The notes under the pieces: model-generated
Told to the model about the DNA's origin: nothing
Databases searched by the model: none
Seen by the model: only the letters and a program-made list of their open reading frames with translations
Part shown: positions 1 through 11,000 of the stretch, one piece after another
Position numbering within the stretch: position 1 is the first letter of the stretch
How the letters are laid out: every line of letters begins with the position of its first letter
Made by a program: the position numbers and the translations under genes
NCBI RefSeq assembly: GCF_001194135.2
Contig: NC_068993.1
Location: forward strand, 730,730 to 794,729
Source: Octopus bimaculoides
Taxonomy: Eukaryota
DNA length: 64,000 nt
Direction of reading: 5' to 3'

Positions 1-794
1 CATGGAAAGCGGACGTTAAACGATGATGATGATGATGATGATAAATATATTGAATTAATATGAAATTTTAAGGTAAGATATAGCTGCAAGATTAGCTTAG
101 TTGTGAAATATAAACAGATGTTTCCAGATGAGTCTCCAAACAGGTCTGAAACTAATTAGAAACTAATTAGGACAATCCCAATTTCTCAGCCTCTGAAGAA
201 ATAAACAAAAATTTGTCAAAGCTTGTTTACAATTCTTTGTGAAACCAAAACTGCATGTCCACCTGATTTGAAGATTTTAAAATCTTAACATTCTCAATAA
301 AGTTTAGGAAATCTCTTCTTTAAGAACTGGCATTTTCAAACTCTCTTTGACATTCAGAACTTTCTATCTTAATTATTCTAATGAAGAATTCATAGAATTT
401 TTGTTCATCAAAACTTAGAATGTTTTCCTGATTTTCAGAAATGAAATACAGGATATTTTTGGTGTTTATTGTATTATTTATTTATTTATTTGGTCATCAA
501 CCAAATGACGAAATATATTTCCCTGCTGCATTCTGATTATTTTCTGCGTATGTTCCGCTGCTGCAGATGGTGACCATTGTAAATAATGCTAGCGTTTCCA
601 CTAAACACTGCGGTGATTCTCTTCACAGGGAATGTACTATAATACAGGCAGCTGTTGAGAAGCAGATGCAAGACAAGCAGTTAGAGGAGTACTTCAGTCC
701 ATAACATAAGTGTTATTATTGTGAGGCAGAGGGGAGAATCTTGAAATCAATACCACAATTAATCATGGTGTGCACAATGAAAGTATTTCTCTCA

Positions 795-850
795 AACACA
801 CACACACATTGATATGTACATATATACATATGTATGTGTATGTGTACATA

Positions 851-931
<81 letters not shown>
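795..931. repeat. (CA)/(TG)/(TA)n compound microsatellite running into a gap
   Basis: Visible directly. It explains ORFs 716-1460. Confidence 0.95.
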
Positions 932-1283
932 NNNNNNNNNNNNNNNNNNNNNNNNNNNNNNNNNNNNNNNNNNNNNNNNNNNNNNNNNNNNNNNNNNNNN
1001 NNNNNNNNNNNNNNNNNNNNNNNNNNNNNNNNNNNNNNNNNNNNNNNNNNNNNNNNNNNNNNNNNNNNNNNNNNNNNNNNNNNNNNNNNNNNNNNNNNNN
1101 NNNNNNNNNNNNNNNNNNNNNNNNNNNNNNNNNNNNNNNNNNNNNNNNNNNNNNNNNNNNNNNNNNNNNNNNNNNNNNNNNNNNNNNNNNNNNNNNNNNN
1201 NNNNNNNNNNNNNNNNNNNNNNNNNNNNNNNNNNNNNNNNNNNNNNNNNNNNNNNNNNNNNNNNNNNNNNNNNNNNNNNNNNN
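932..1283. other. Assembly gap (N)
   Basis: N run. Other gaps at 27124-27227, 33243-33252, 50071-50540 and 51457-51940. Confidence 1.
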
Positions 1284-2074
1284 ATATATTTATACATAAT
1301 TATATATGCATATGTGTATAGCTATGTATGTAATTATATATTCTATACAACACAAATTTCATTATCATTTTTACTCTTTCTCCTGGAGAAGAGTTTTTAC
1401 CTGAACAATCCTGTGTTCTTCAATGACCCTTACTACAAAAGAAGTGTATATAAAGTTTAACATGTGTTCAATGCATTATTTATGTATGTATAATGTACCA
1501 TGATATTATATGATACTAATTATTAACTATGGAAACGTAAAATCTCATACATACATACATACATATAAATATATGTATGTGTGTGTATATGTGTGTGTTT
1601 GTGTGTGTGCGTATGTGTGTATTTGTGTGTACGTGTGTACATATGTATGTATGTATATGTATACATGCATGTATGAGCTGTGACATCTGCTTTTTTGTTG
1701 AGGTAATCACATAAGTTGATGTAAATGTCTGTTGTATTTATATCCTCAGATGAAGAATAACAAGAGAATATTTACAAGGAAAGTAATCAAGCAATTACTA
1801 ACGCTGTAGAAAATCCTGCTCATAAAAGGTCATTCTGGATTACCCTTCATTATTACCAATATAGTGCCATCTTGGAGAGATTTATTTATTTATTTATTGT
1901 TCCTTGTTGCATTGTTTTCAAAGTAATTGGCTAAAAGCCCTTCGGCCAGAAAATAGCAGATTTGGTGCGGTAACCTTCACCTTAGAGGGTATTGGGTGTA
2001 TGTGTGTGTGTGTTTCTTTTCTTTTTTTGATGATGGGAAATACATATAAAATAGAGATTATATATATCAGTAGG

Positions 2075-2121
<47 letters not shown>

Positions 2122-2255
2122 CACACACACATATACATACATTATACATATATATATACACATATATACACACATACACATATACATACATACATATATA
2201 TGTATATATACAAATATATATACATACACAATATATATGTATGCATGTATGTGTG
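2075..2255. repeat. (TA)n/(CA)n compound microsatellite
   Basis: Visible directly. Confidence 0.9.
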
Positions 2256-3131
2256 AAGAGATGGATGGGTGGATGGATGTTAATCATGCTGAGTCGACTG
2301 GGATTACAATATTTGCCTTAACTACTTGTTCAACCTGGACAACCATACTTTTACATGTGCACACACACATACACATCTGAATGGACTTTGACATGCCATC
2401 TATATGGAAGAGAAAAATATGGAAGTCACCAAGTGTTACCATAAATCCGTTAGGTTCCATAGAATTTTGGTAACATTGGGAAACTTTTGGCAGCATGGTG
2501 TATTTGTTGTTGTTGTTAGTGGTGGTAGTATTTAACCCTTGGCCGCCCCTAATTCAACAAACCTATGAACAAAGTTACACCAGCTGTGCTGTTTTCCTGG
2601 CATAGTATATCTTGGACAACACTATCAATGTGCGAAGCCAAAGTGGAGACCTCTACAGAGTTACTTTGCCATCTTAAAACAGCAACTAAATCTCTCTCCA
2701 ACCAGACCCCAATATCTTAAAAAAAGGGAACATTTATTAAAGAGGAATGTGAGGCAGGATCGCAGTTCGTCAACGTTGGTTGGTCATCTATTCTTCCATG
2801 AAACTAAAATGCCCCCCCCCCCATGATCATAGGTCTGCAGGATCAAATCTGAACAATACCATACAAGGTTGATCAATACCTTGTGAAGAGGCTTTGCAAA
2901 CTGTACAGAAACCCATCTATACATGTGTGTGTGTGTGAGTGTGTGCTTTGGTGAAAGATAAAGAAATTGGAGAGGACATTGCTCGTAAACCAGCAAAACT
3001 ATCTTGTGGTGTTTATTCCACCCATATTACACAGATAATCTCTTATCAGTCTTGTCGTTATCAATATAATGAATCAGTTATTGTTATGTGAAGAAAGTGA
3101 GAACCAATGACGCCCTTATTCACAAAACTCG

Positions 3132-3135
<4 letters not shown>

Positions 3136-3188
<53 letters not shown>

Positions 3189-3227
3189 TGATGATGATAA
3201 TGATGATGATGATGTTGATAATAATAA
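3136..3227. repeat. (AAT)n-(GAT)n trinucleotide microsatellite
   Basis: Visible directly. Confidence 0.9.
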
Positions 3228-3298
3228 CAAGCAACTAACTGATCCATGACAGTTCAGCACAATAGGATAATGGGTTAAATTGACCTTAACGAGGTTAG

Positions 3299-4144
3299 AA
3301 ATATGAATCAGGGCGTGATGGTGCAAACCATATAAAGCAGTTCTGTTCTTGCCACTCCATTTACAATACAAGACTCTCCGTGAACGATAAGCTCTTCTTA
3401 ATAGCTGGCAAAAGCGATTACTATATTGATAGCTTCACAGAAATTGGTATTCCATCATCCATTACAGCTGATCCTAAGCCATTAATTCTGAATTTCAGAA
3501 ATATTACACAGGAAATATGCAACATTGAGGGAGAGAGGATGGCACTAATTATTGAGCGGAGAGGAGAGATTGTTTGTGAAAAACTGATCAGATGGGGATA
3601 TAAAAATTCTTTATTGAATGCATAGAAAATATTGGAATAAAGGAAATACTTAGAAAATTATACTACTTGAAGTTGGCAAGAACAGATGTCTCAGAGTAGA
3701 AATGGATTTCAAGCAAAGGAAAAAGAGAATAACAGGAAAGAAGAAGCTGAAGAATGGAGCCAGAAAATTGAACAGGAAGTTGAACATTACCAAAGACTGT
3801 TTAATAGAAGAATGATGAGAGAAATGGACAGAAAAGTCAATGTATGGGATGTGGATCAGAAACTAACAACTGCAAATAGAATTCCTCTGCAACTTCAAAA
3901 ATGGATAGTATTTTTGAAGAATTTCTCAAATAATTGATGGAATTTTATTGGAATAAATCAAGACATGACTGAATTAATCCAATGGTTAGGTTTGGAATTG
4001 CTACCCTTTAAGAATGAAGTAGATACAGATTCTTTATAAATTGTTGGTATATTTTATAGAGATGCATCTCATAGAAAAATGCTAAATCATCTGGGAATCC
4101 CTTTCATTAATTACAATTTTAAAAGACATTTCTGTTGGCAACAG
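3299..4144 (+). pseudogene. Decayed coding-like exon of unknown family (weak death-fold/CARD-like pattern)
   Basis: One frame has only 5 stops in ~282 codons. Three of them cluster at 3623-3670, where another frame is open (KFFIECIENIGIKEILRKLYYLKLARTDVSE), consistent with compensating frameshifts. Purine-rich sense strand. Ends at CAG|GTAACA. Confidence 0.45.
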
Positions 4145-4177
4145 GTAACATTTGTTTTATCTCTCAGCTTCAATATG

Positions 4178-4486
4178 AAGGTACATGGCTTCGTTGTTCG
4201 GTTATTTTGCTCATAATTGTAAGGTGATGAGTTCACTCTCAAGTGGCACATTGTATCCTTGAGCAAGACACTTTATTCCATATTGTTCCAGTCCACTCAA
4301 CTAGAAACAGTGAATCATACCTGTAATTCAAAGGGTCATCTTTGTCAACAACATTCTGTGTCATGCTGAATCTCCCTGAGAACTACTTTAAGAGTGAATG
4401 TATCTGTGGAGTACTCAACCACTTGCATGTTAATCTCACAAGCAGGCTGTTCTGTTGATCAGATCAACTGGAACACTTGTTGTTGT
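4178..4486 (+). mobile_element. tRNA-derived SINE
   Basis: Decayed A/B-box head. The body is shared with a fragment at ~5930-6040. Confidence 0.65.
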
Positions 4487-4790
4487 TTGCCAGTTAATTT
4501 CTCAGTTTGTTATCATTGTTGTTGTTGTTATTTTAGCCCCAGGCCAATCCTGATGCAGCAGACAAATGATGACAGGAAAATTTACAGGGTAACTAGGATC
4601 ACATTATGCACTTTGTCATATTTTAAGGTGGCAGGTTGAAGGATATGATCAAATGCATTCCAGCCATGACCATCACACCTCTATATGTATTAATGATTAC
4701 ATTGTTGGATGAGTCCAATATTATAAAGAGAGAAAAGTGTAATTTGAAGGATACTTGACAACTGTTTTTAACAGATCAACTAAACACGTT

Positions 4791-4990
4791 ACTGTGTTAC
4801 AATGAGATGTAACTGTATGTTACTCTGTAATTTATCTGTGTTACATCACATTGAAACACACTGAATTACAGTGTGGTATAACTGTGTTACAATGAGATGT
4901 AACTGCATGTAACAGTGTGATGTTATTCTGTTACAGTGAGATGTAGCTTTGCGTTACATCACACTGCAATAAACTGCATTATAGCTACAT
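4791..4990. repeat. Degenerate minisatellite built from GTTACA/TGTAAC motifs
   Basis: actgtgttacaatgagatgtaactg recurs at 4791 and 4881 (90-bp period), with a partial copy near 4928. Confidence 0.65.
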
Positions 4991-6307
4991 GTAACTGAGT
5001 TGAAAGTTCTTTTTGTATTTAATGGGGATGATATAAATAGAGCAGCCAGTGGTGGTGGGCATGATGGATTGATGGAAGGGTAAAATATTGGAGGAGACGT
5101 TTTGTGGTATTTGTTGTGACTGCTTGCATTCCAAGCTGAAATTCCACCTCATTTCACCAACCTCCTTGTGGAGAGAAATAAGGGTTTGGGACTCAGGTAA
5201 CAGTGTTGGACTGGCCATGTTAGACAGAGTGATGGGTTAATCCAATTGACATCTCTGCTTTCTTTTCCTTCTGTGTCTGCACAATCTTGGGGCTTCTGCA
5301 ACGGTCCTGACAAAGGCCTTTGATACTCTGATAAACAAGAAAAAAAAAAAAAGAAATTATTATGTTTTTATTTTTCTGAAACCTTGTACGTTCACAGATT
5401 TGTTATGACTGATTAATGATGTAAATATTACAACATGCTTTTTCTATAATTATGATGCATGGAACAAAATGCTTGACTTTGAAATATATATCTAAATAAA
5501 AAAGCACTGGATAAGAACAGACACAATATTGGCTTTAAGAAACAAAGAAACAAACTTCAACCATTTTCATACATATGTATGAGACGTTATATGCAAACTA
5601 ACAGGTCATATTCTCAGTATGTTGTAACATTTAAGCCATATAAATCAAAATTCACACTATAAATATGATAATGGGACTACTTCCAGGACAGATATTGATC
5701 TGTCTGAAATTATTCTAGAAAACTAAGCAGCAAAGGCAGATTGTGTTTTAGTTAAGAGAAACTGCAATTCAAGTCAATTGTTTATGTTTTATAAGAACTT
5801 CAACAAATACTGGACAAATTTTCATGGTTTTTGTCAAGAAATATTCATTGGGTCAACATTTTTACTTTGACATTTGGCTGACTTAATCTTTACGAGTCAG
5901 CCTGGTTAGATGAAAATTGAGTCAAAGCTTGTCACATGGACTGTAATTGTAATCAAAAGGTCCAGCTGTGTCACACTGTGTCACTCTGACTCTACCTGAA
6001 AGTTACATTTAGTGTCCATGTGTCTCTGGAATAATCAACCAATTTTAATGCTAATTCTGTGAGTAATTCTGAAATTCTTCAAATGTACTTCATGGAATTA
6101 TTTCTTTTACTTAGAACATAAATATTTTATATTGTCAACATTTTAACAATAACATAATATTTATGTATTCTACATTAGTATGATTGTACATTCTTTGCTA
6201 AAACAAGTACCATTTAGTGTGTGTGTGTGTGTGTGTGTGTGTATAAGGGTGAGTGGACAAATGAAAGAAAGAGGCACTCAACACATTTAATAGGAGTTAC
6301 ATATGTT

Positions 6308-6472
6308 TATATAATTTAGAACAGTTTGATTCGGCTCCGTGCAACTGAAGCTTTTGTTGGCTCATCACAGGAACCGAACACATCGGGTTCAGCCTGATGT
6401 GTTTGGTTCCTGTGACGAGCATACAGAACCTCAAGTTGCATTGGGCCAAATCAAATTGTTTTAAATTATATA
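6308..6472. repeat. 165-nt inverted repeat (80-bp arms, 5-nt loop), MITE-like or hairpin RNA
   Basis: Ungapped arms are 65/80 identical. Loop TTCAG at 6388-6392. Both ends are in TA-rich sequence. Confidence 0.9.
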
Positions 6473-6477
6473 TACGT

Positions 6478-6752
6478 GCCACTGCACAGGTGCTACATAA
6501 AAGTGCCCATGTAGTGTCACATAAAAGTGCCTGTGTGGGCCCACATAAAAGCACTTGTGCCAATGGCACATAAAAGCACCCAGTCCACACTCTCGGAGTG
6601 GTTGGCATTAGGAAGGGCATCCAGCCATAGAAACCCTGCCAAATCAGACTGAAGCCTGGTGCATCTCCCCAGCTTGCCAGCCCCTGGTCAAACCGTCCAA
6701 CCCATACCAGCATGGACAATGGACGTTCAATGATGATGATGATGATGATGAT
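6478..6752 (+). mobile_element. RTE-tail family repeat (CACATAAAAG repeats, ggaagggcatccagc motif, (GAT)n tail)
   Basis: Same tail as the RTE copy at 44240-44462. Related copies at 1-42, 14690-14785, 21955-22050, 37030-37110, 59760-59850 and 62860-63045. Confidence 0.8.
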
Positions 6753-7469
6753 TGTGTATGTGTGTTTAGAGATAAAACAGGGTAGTAGGCGGGTGGGCAG
6801 GGCAGGATGCTTCCTTTCTTTTCAGCTAACGTGGGTACTTCAACTTCATGGACCTTAGAGTACGCTTATTTTTTCAAATCTATTCCTATCACTATAGACT
6901 ACACCACACACACACACACACTTTCATGTTTTCTTTAGGCTTAACTCTAATATTCAAAGCGAATAAACAGCTTCCTCGTTTTACAAAATATATAAATGAT
7001 CTAAACTCTACAGATTGTAATGTGGATATCGCGTAAAGTAGTTTCCTTGGATTCAGAACGCGATTATAAACTTGTAAACTAGTTTGGCAATATTTTTTAT
7101 TTATTTTTTACTTGTCTTTAATTAAGGCGTCACACACAAACACTCACACACACGCACGCACTGTATCTACAATTAACATCCACCTAATGTTTACACGGTT
7201 GATCTTAAATGATTTTATTCGATAGTCGTTCAGTGATATGGTGAAGAGACTCTCCCAGTGTCAGCATTACTTAATCATTCCCCTCCTCCCTCCTACAGGT
7301 CGTCATGATTTAGTTTTAAGAGGTAAAATAAGAAACACTATAGGTTTTGTGGATTAAAAACATGTAGAATTGGTAATTTAATATTTGAATTACGTTAGAA
7401 GTAGTTATTAATTCTCCTTATTTAGTTATGATAGAGAGAAAGAGAGAGACAAAAGCTGAAAACAATACA

Positions 7470-7501
7470 TGACGTCTAGTGCGCGCAATCACCATGACAA
7501 C
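7470..7501. promoter_or_regulatory. CRE-like site (TGACGTCT, 7470-7477) plus RFX X-box (ATCACCATGACAAC, 7488-7501)
   Basis: 7/8 match to TGACGTCA and a full match to the RYYNYY-AT-RRNRAC X-box consensus, separated by GCGCGCA. Confidence 0.45.
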
Positions 7502-7711
7502 GGCATCAAATAGCGCTAAGTGTAACCGGGGGAAAATATTAATCTAGTAAAAATTGTCATGTTCAATAAAATAGCCATAAATCGTTTGAAAGTGCCGCCC
7601 AATTTCGGAATGAAATGTTTAAAAAGATTTTTCTGTTAAACGAAGCTGTTTAAATTCATTGAAGAAAAATATTTTGTTGGACATTTTCGTTTTTTATTTG
7701 TTTTTCTGCAG

Positions 7712-8036
7712 TCACTGACTACGAACCGTTCGGCTATTTCCGGCAGTAACGTTATTGTTTCGAGTAGAAATGTTCGGAACTTGACAATTATTTTGTGTGT
7801 GAATGTTCTCGCCGCCCATTACAATCTCGAACGTTCGCTGTGCCAGCTTCCTGTTGTTGCAGTGTAGTGCGGTGGAGGCGGCGGCGGCTCACTTGGACAG
7901 ATGCAGGAGGCCAACACATTCTCTTCTTACTTCAGTGGCAGCCAGTAGTCGCAGTTGGTTCACTGCACAACTTTCACATATTTCGAACCGTTTTACGGAT
8001 CACTATTTCTATCGTTCTTTCGACTACAATTCTTTG
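7712..8036 (+). other. Candidate upstream (5' leader) exon, probably of the neurocalcin gene
   Basis: CpG-rich unique sequence ending in a strong donor TTG|GTGAGT (8037). A strong acceptor tttttctgcAG lies at 7710-7711, so the 5' edge could be a TSS or a splice site. I found no other + strand coding exon before 42315. The link to neurocalcin is inferred. Confidence 0.55.
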
Positions 8037-11000
8037 GTGAGTAGCAGAGTGCTTGTTTTTTTTTTTCCGTCCTTCTTTTCCACCCCCACTCTCATTAACA
8101 GATTTTGGCGACAAACACGACACAGCAGCTTCGATAGATATATATTTATACAGACACACACACGTATATTTATATGTGTGTGTGTGTGTGTGTTATATAA
8201 AGGAATGAAATTGATTTCGTGCCAAGGTGGTAGTATTCGATGTTGTTGGCATGGTGCTGGTGCCCTCCTCTGTTGCATTGATGCACTGTTGCGCATTGTT
8301 CCAACCACGAATGGCCATCACTGGCTGAAAACACGACCACAGAGACACGGACAGTAAATAAAAGAGAGAAGACAATATTTATCAATATAAAACTAATTAA
8401 AACCTCAAATATAAAATGTTAGGAAATCTAGAAAGGAAAAAAAAAAAAGGAAAGTTGTAAGAGAAATCGTTTGATTTTTTTTTTTCCTTTTATTTTCCTA
8501 ATGATTTCAGTCTTCGATAATTGATACATTCTAATTGTTTTATTTTTTTTGCTGTTTTTAATATCTATTTTTTAATTAATTAATTAGAAAGATATTGTAA
8601 GTTAACCTTTGGTGAAACTTCGAAGTCACTGCAACGTTTTTATTTGTTCTTCTGTCTTTAATATATGTTTTACCTTCCCACATAAAATGGTTTATATAAC
8701 AATTTATATAAGGTTAATATTTAATTTTATTTATCTGACATTAATTTATATTTTATATAATATTAATATTTTAGTCATATATTTAACTCCTGTAACACCG
8801 TGGAAAATATTAAAAAGAAAAAAGAAGGAAGCTTTAATTTCTTCTGACACAATTGTTTCACCATGCTGTTTGGGTGTCAATAGATTTTCTTTAAGATTCC
8901 TTTTAATAAATTTCTCTGAAATTCTTTCAAGTCTCGGGAAACTTTCAGTCTTAATCGCCACGCTACGTCGTGTGAAAAGCACAATTAAAATCTAGGTCCA
9001 TTGTTAATCACTGATATTTACATTTCATTTCCTGGCTTTTAATTAATGATTTCTTCCTCGTACACACATCCTTCCTAAATAAACTCCTACCTTTCTATGT
9101 TTCACCATTTCTACAGATGTTGGCATCGACTTTAATGTCAAAGTAAAGCCTTTCAGACACATTTTAATATTACTTCCAGTCGTTGATTCCTCAGATCTTT
9201 AATAGAAAGAAGCATTTGTCACTTTGTTATTTTCTCTCTTCTCTGGGTGAATCTTCTCTAGCAAAACAGACCAAATTCTTATACAACTGAATTGAAATGA
9301 TGTCTGTAGAGAAACTGGTTGAAATATTGATCCTGTAAAGCTGTAGATATATATTATTTCACCTAAGCAAATAATAGAAATTCGTGTTATTTTTGATAAT
9401 TTGGCGAAAATTAAACTGAACCTGAAAGGTAAGAGAAAATAACTGTTTTACACAAGAGTGAACATTTCGAGCCATAAACTGGTTTCCTATACGAAATGGT
9501 ATTTATTGATCTTACAAGAATAACAAATAAGTGAAAAAAAGGGGGGAAAAAAGAAAGACCATCACCACCACCACCACCACCACAACAACCACCACCACAA
9601 CAACAATAATAATAAAAAAATTACAAGTAAATGAACAGTGAAAGCTGTAGGAGCTGCTTTGGTTTGTGAATATTGGTTTTATTGTTGTTAGTGTCTTTAT
9701 GATGGTTTTAATTTGTACTTGGTGTTATACCTTATCCAGCAATCGATACATACATATAGGTGTGCGGATATGTAGAAGTGTGTGTATATAATAGGTGTGT
9801 GAGTGTGTAAAGTGTGTCAATAAAAACACCAGATCTGTCTGATCAAACCACTTGCCTACCATTACTAAACGTATTTAGGTTTTATCAATTAAGAAATCAC
9901 TTTTTCCTATTTACCATATTGAACATTATTTGGGAGAATTTTTTTTTTCTATTGTGCTTCTCTCTCTCTCTCTCTCTTACAACCCAAACCATAATATGTG
10001 TGTGTGTGTGTTTTTTTCTTGATTTACAGATAAAATAACTTTTCTAATCGCCATTTAATATTGTGACATAAAAAAACCCGAAAATGTTTTACTTTCAACA
10101 AATCAATTTTTATTGAAGAAAAAAAAAACACTTTTTATTTTTCTGTTTCCAACTTTTAATTTGTTTATATTTATTTTTAAATGTTTGTTTTTAAATTTTA
10201 AATTAATTGTGAATATATTTTTTAATTTGCAAGTCGTATTATTTTTTGCTATTATTTCGATGTTAATTCTATATTTGGTAAAAAGGAATCGAATGATTGC
10301 GAAGAGAAGTAATGGAAATTGATACCATTGCATGTTTAGTGATGATGCTTAGTGCTGCCTTTTGGCCAAAGTGTTAATATCTGGGTAGTGTAACCCAGAT
10401 AATCTCTATAACCACCAGCATAATAACCACTGCCTCAAATACACTGGTCACTGCCCACCACCACAACTTCATTGATTCCTTCCACAATAATATAAACAAG
10501 TTTCTTGCAGTAGAATCATTCATAATTTTCTGGAGGAGGGAAACTCGCCATAAAAACAGCTTTTCGTAATTTTTTTCTGTGTGTATTTAAAATGAATTTT
10601 TATATTCAAACGACTAATTGTTGATAAGAAAAAAAAAATTATGAATTGAACAGGTAAAAGTAATATTAAAGAAATAGTGACAACTGTTTCGTTGAGTTTA
10701 ATTAGGTTTATATTGGGTTGTCCAGAGAGTACTCTAAATTTAGTTCATCATCTCTAATTTATTCATTACACAAATACTAATTCCATTCACAACATATTTT
10801 GTTTCCAAAAATGACTTAAGCAATTTCATAGGAATTCGTTCCCCTCAAGTTTTTAACATCAAAGATTTTGTTAATAATTTGACCGCAATTGTTTTCGCAA
10901 CCACCTGCTTCATCATCGTCATCATTATCATCATCGTCTACAGCTATTTGCCAAATGAACGAACATCAAATTTGTTCAATGGCCCATGCTGTGTGTGTGT

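Larger units (their letters stand above)
7000..8400 (+). promoter_or_regulatory. CpG-retaining promoter-like region
   Basis: About 35 CpGs counted by eye in 7470-8110, against a CpG-depleted background. No SINEs recognised from ~6760 to ~11900. Contains CRE-like, X-box and ETS-like (atttccggc, 7737-7745) motifs. Confidence 0.6.

Noticed and set aside
716-2380. Long ORFs of 101-208 aa
   Set aside because: They consist of N-gaps and TA/CA microsatellites.
8037-8357. Continuation of the 184-aa ORF beyond the donor
   Set aside because: It runs through poly-T and (TG)n intronic sequence; only the part up to 8036 is considered meaningful.
8193-8375. Minus-strand ORF resembling a secreted peptide (MSSLFYLLSVSLWSC...)
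   Set aside because: The start is TTG rather than ATG, there is no splice support, and it ends in a microsatellite.
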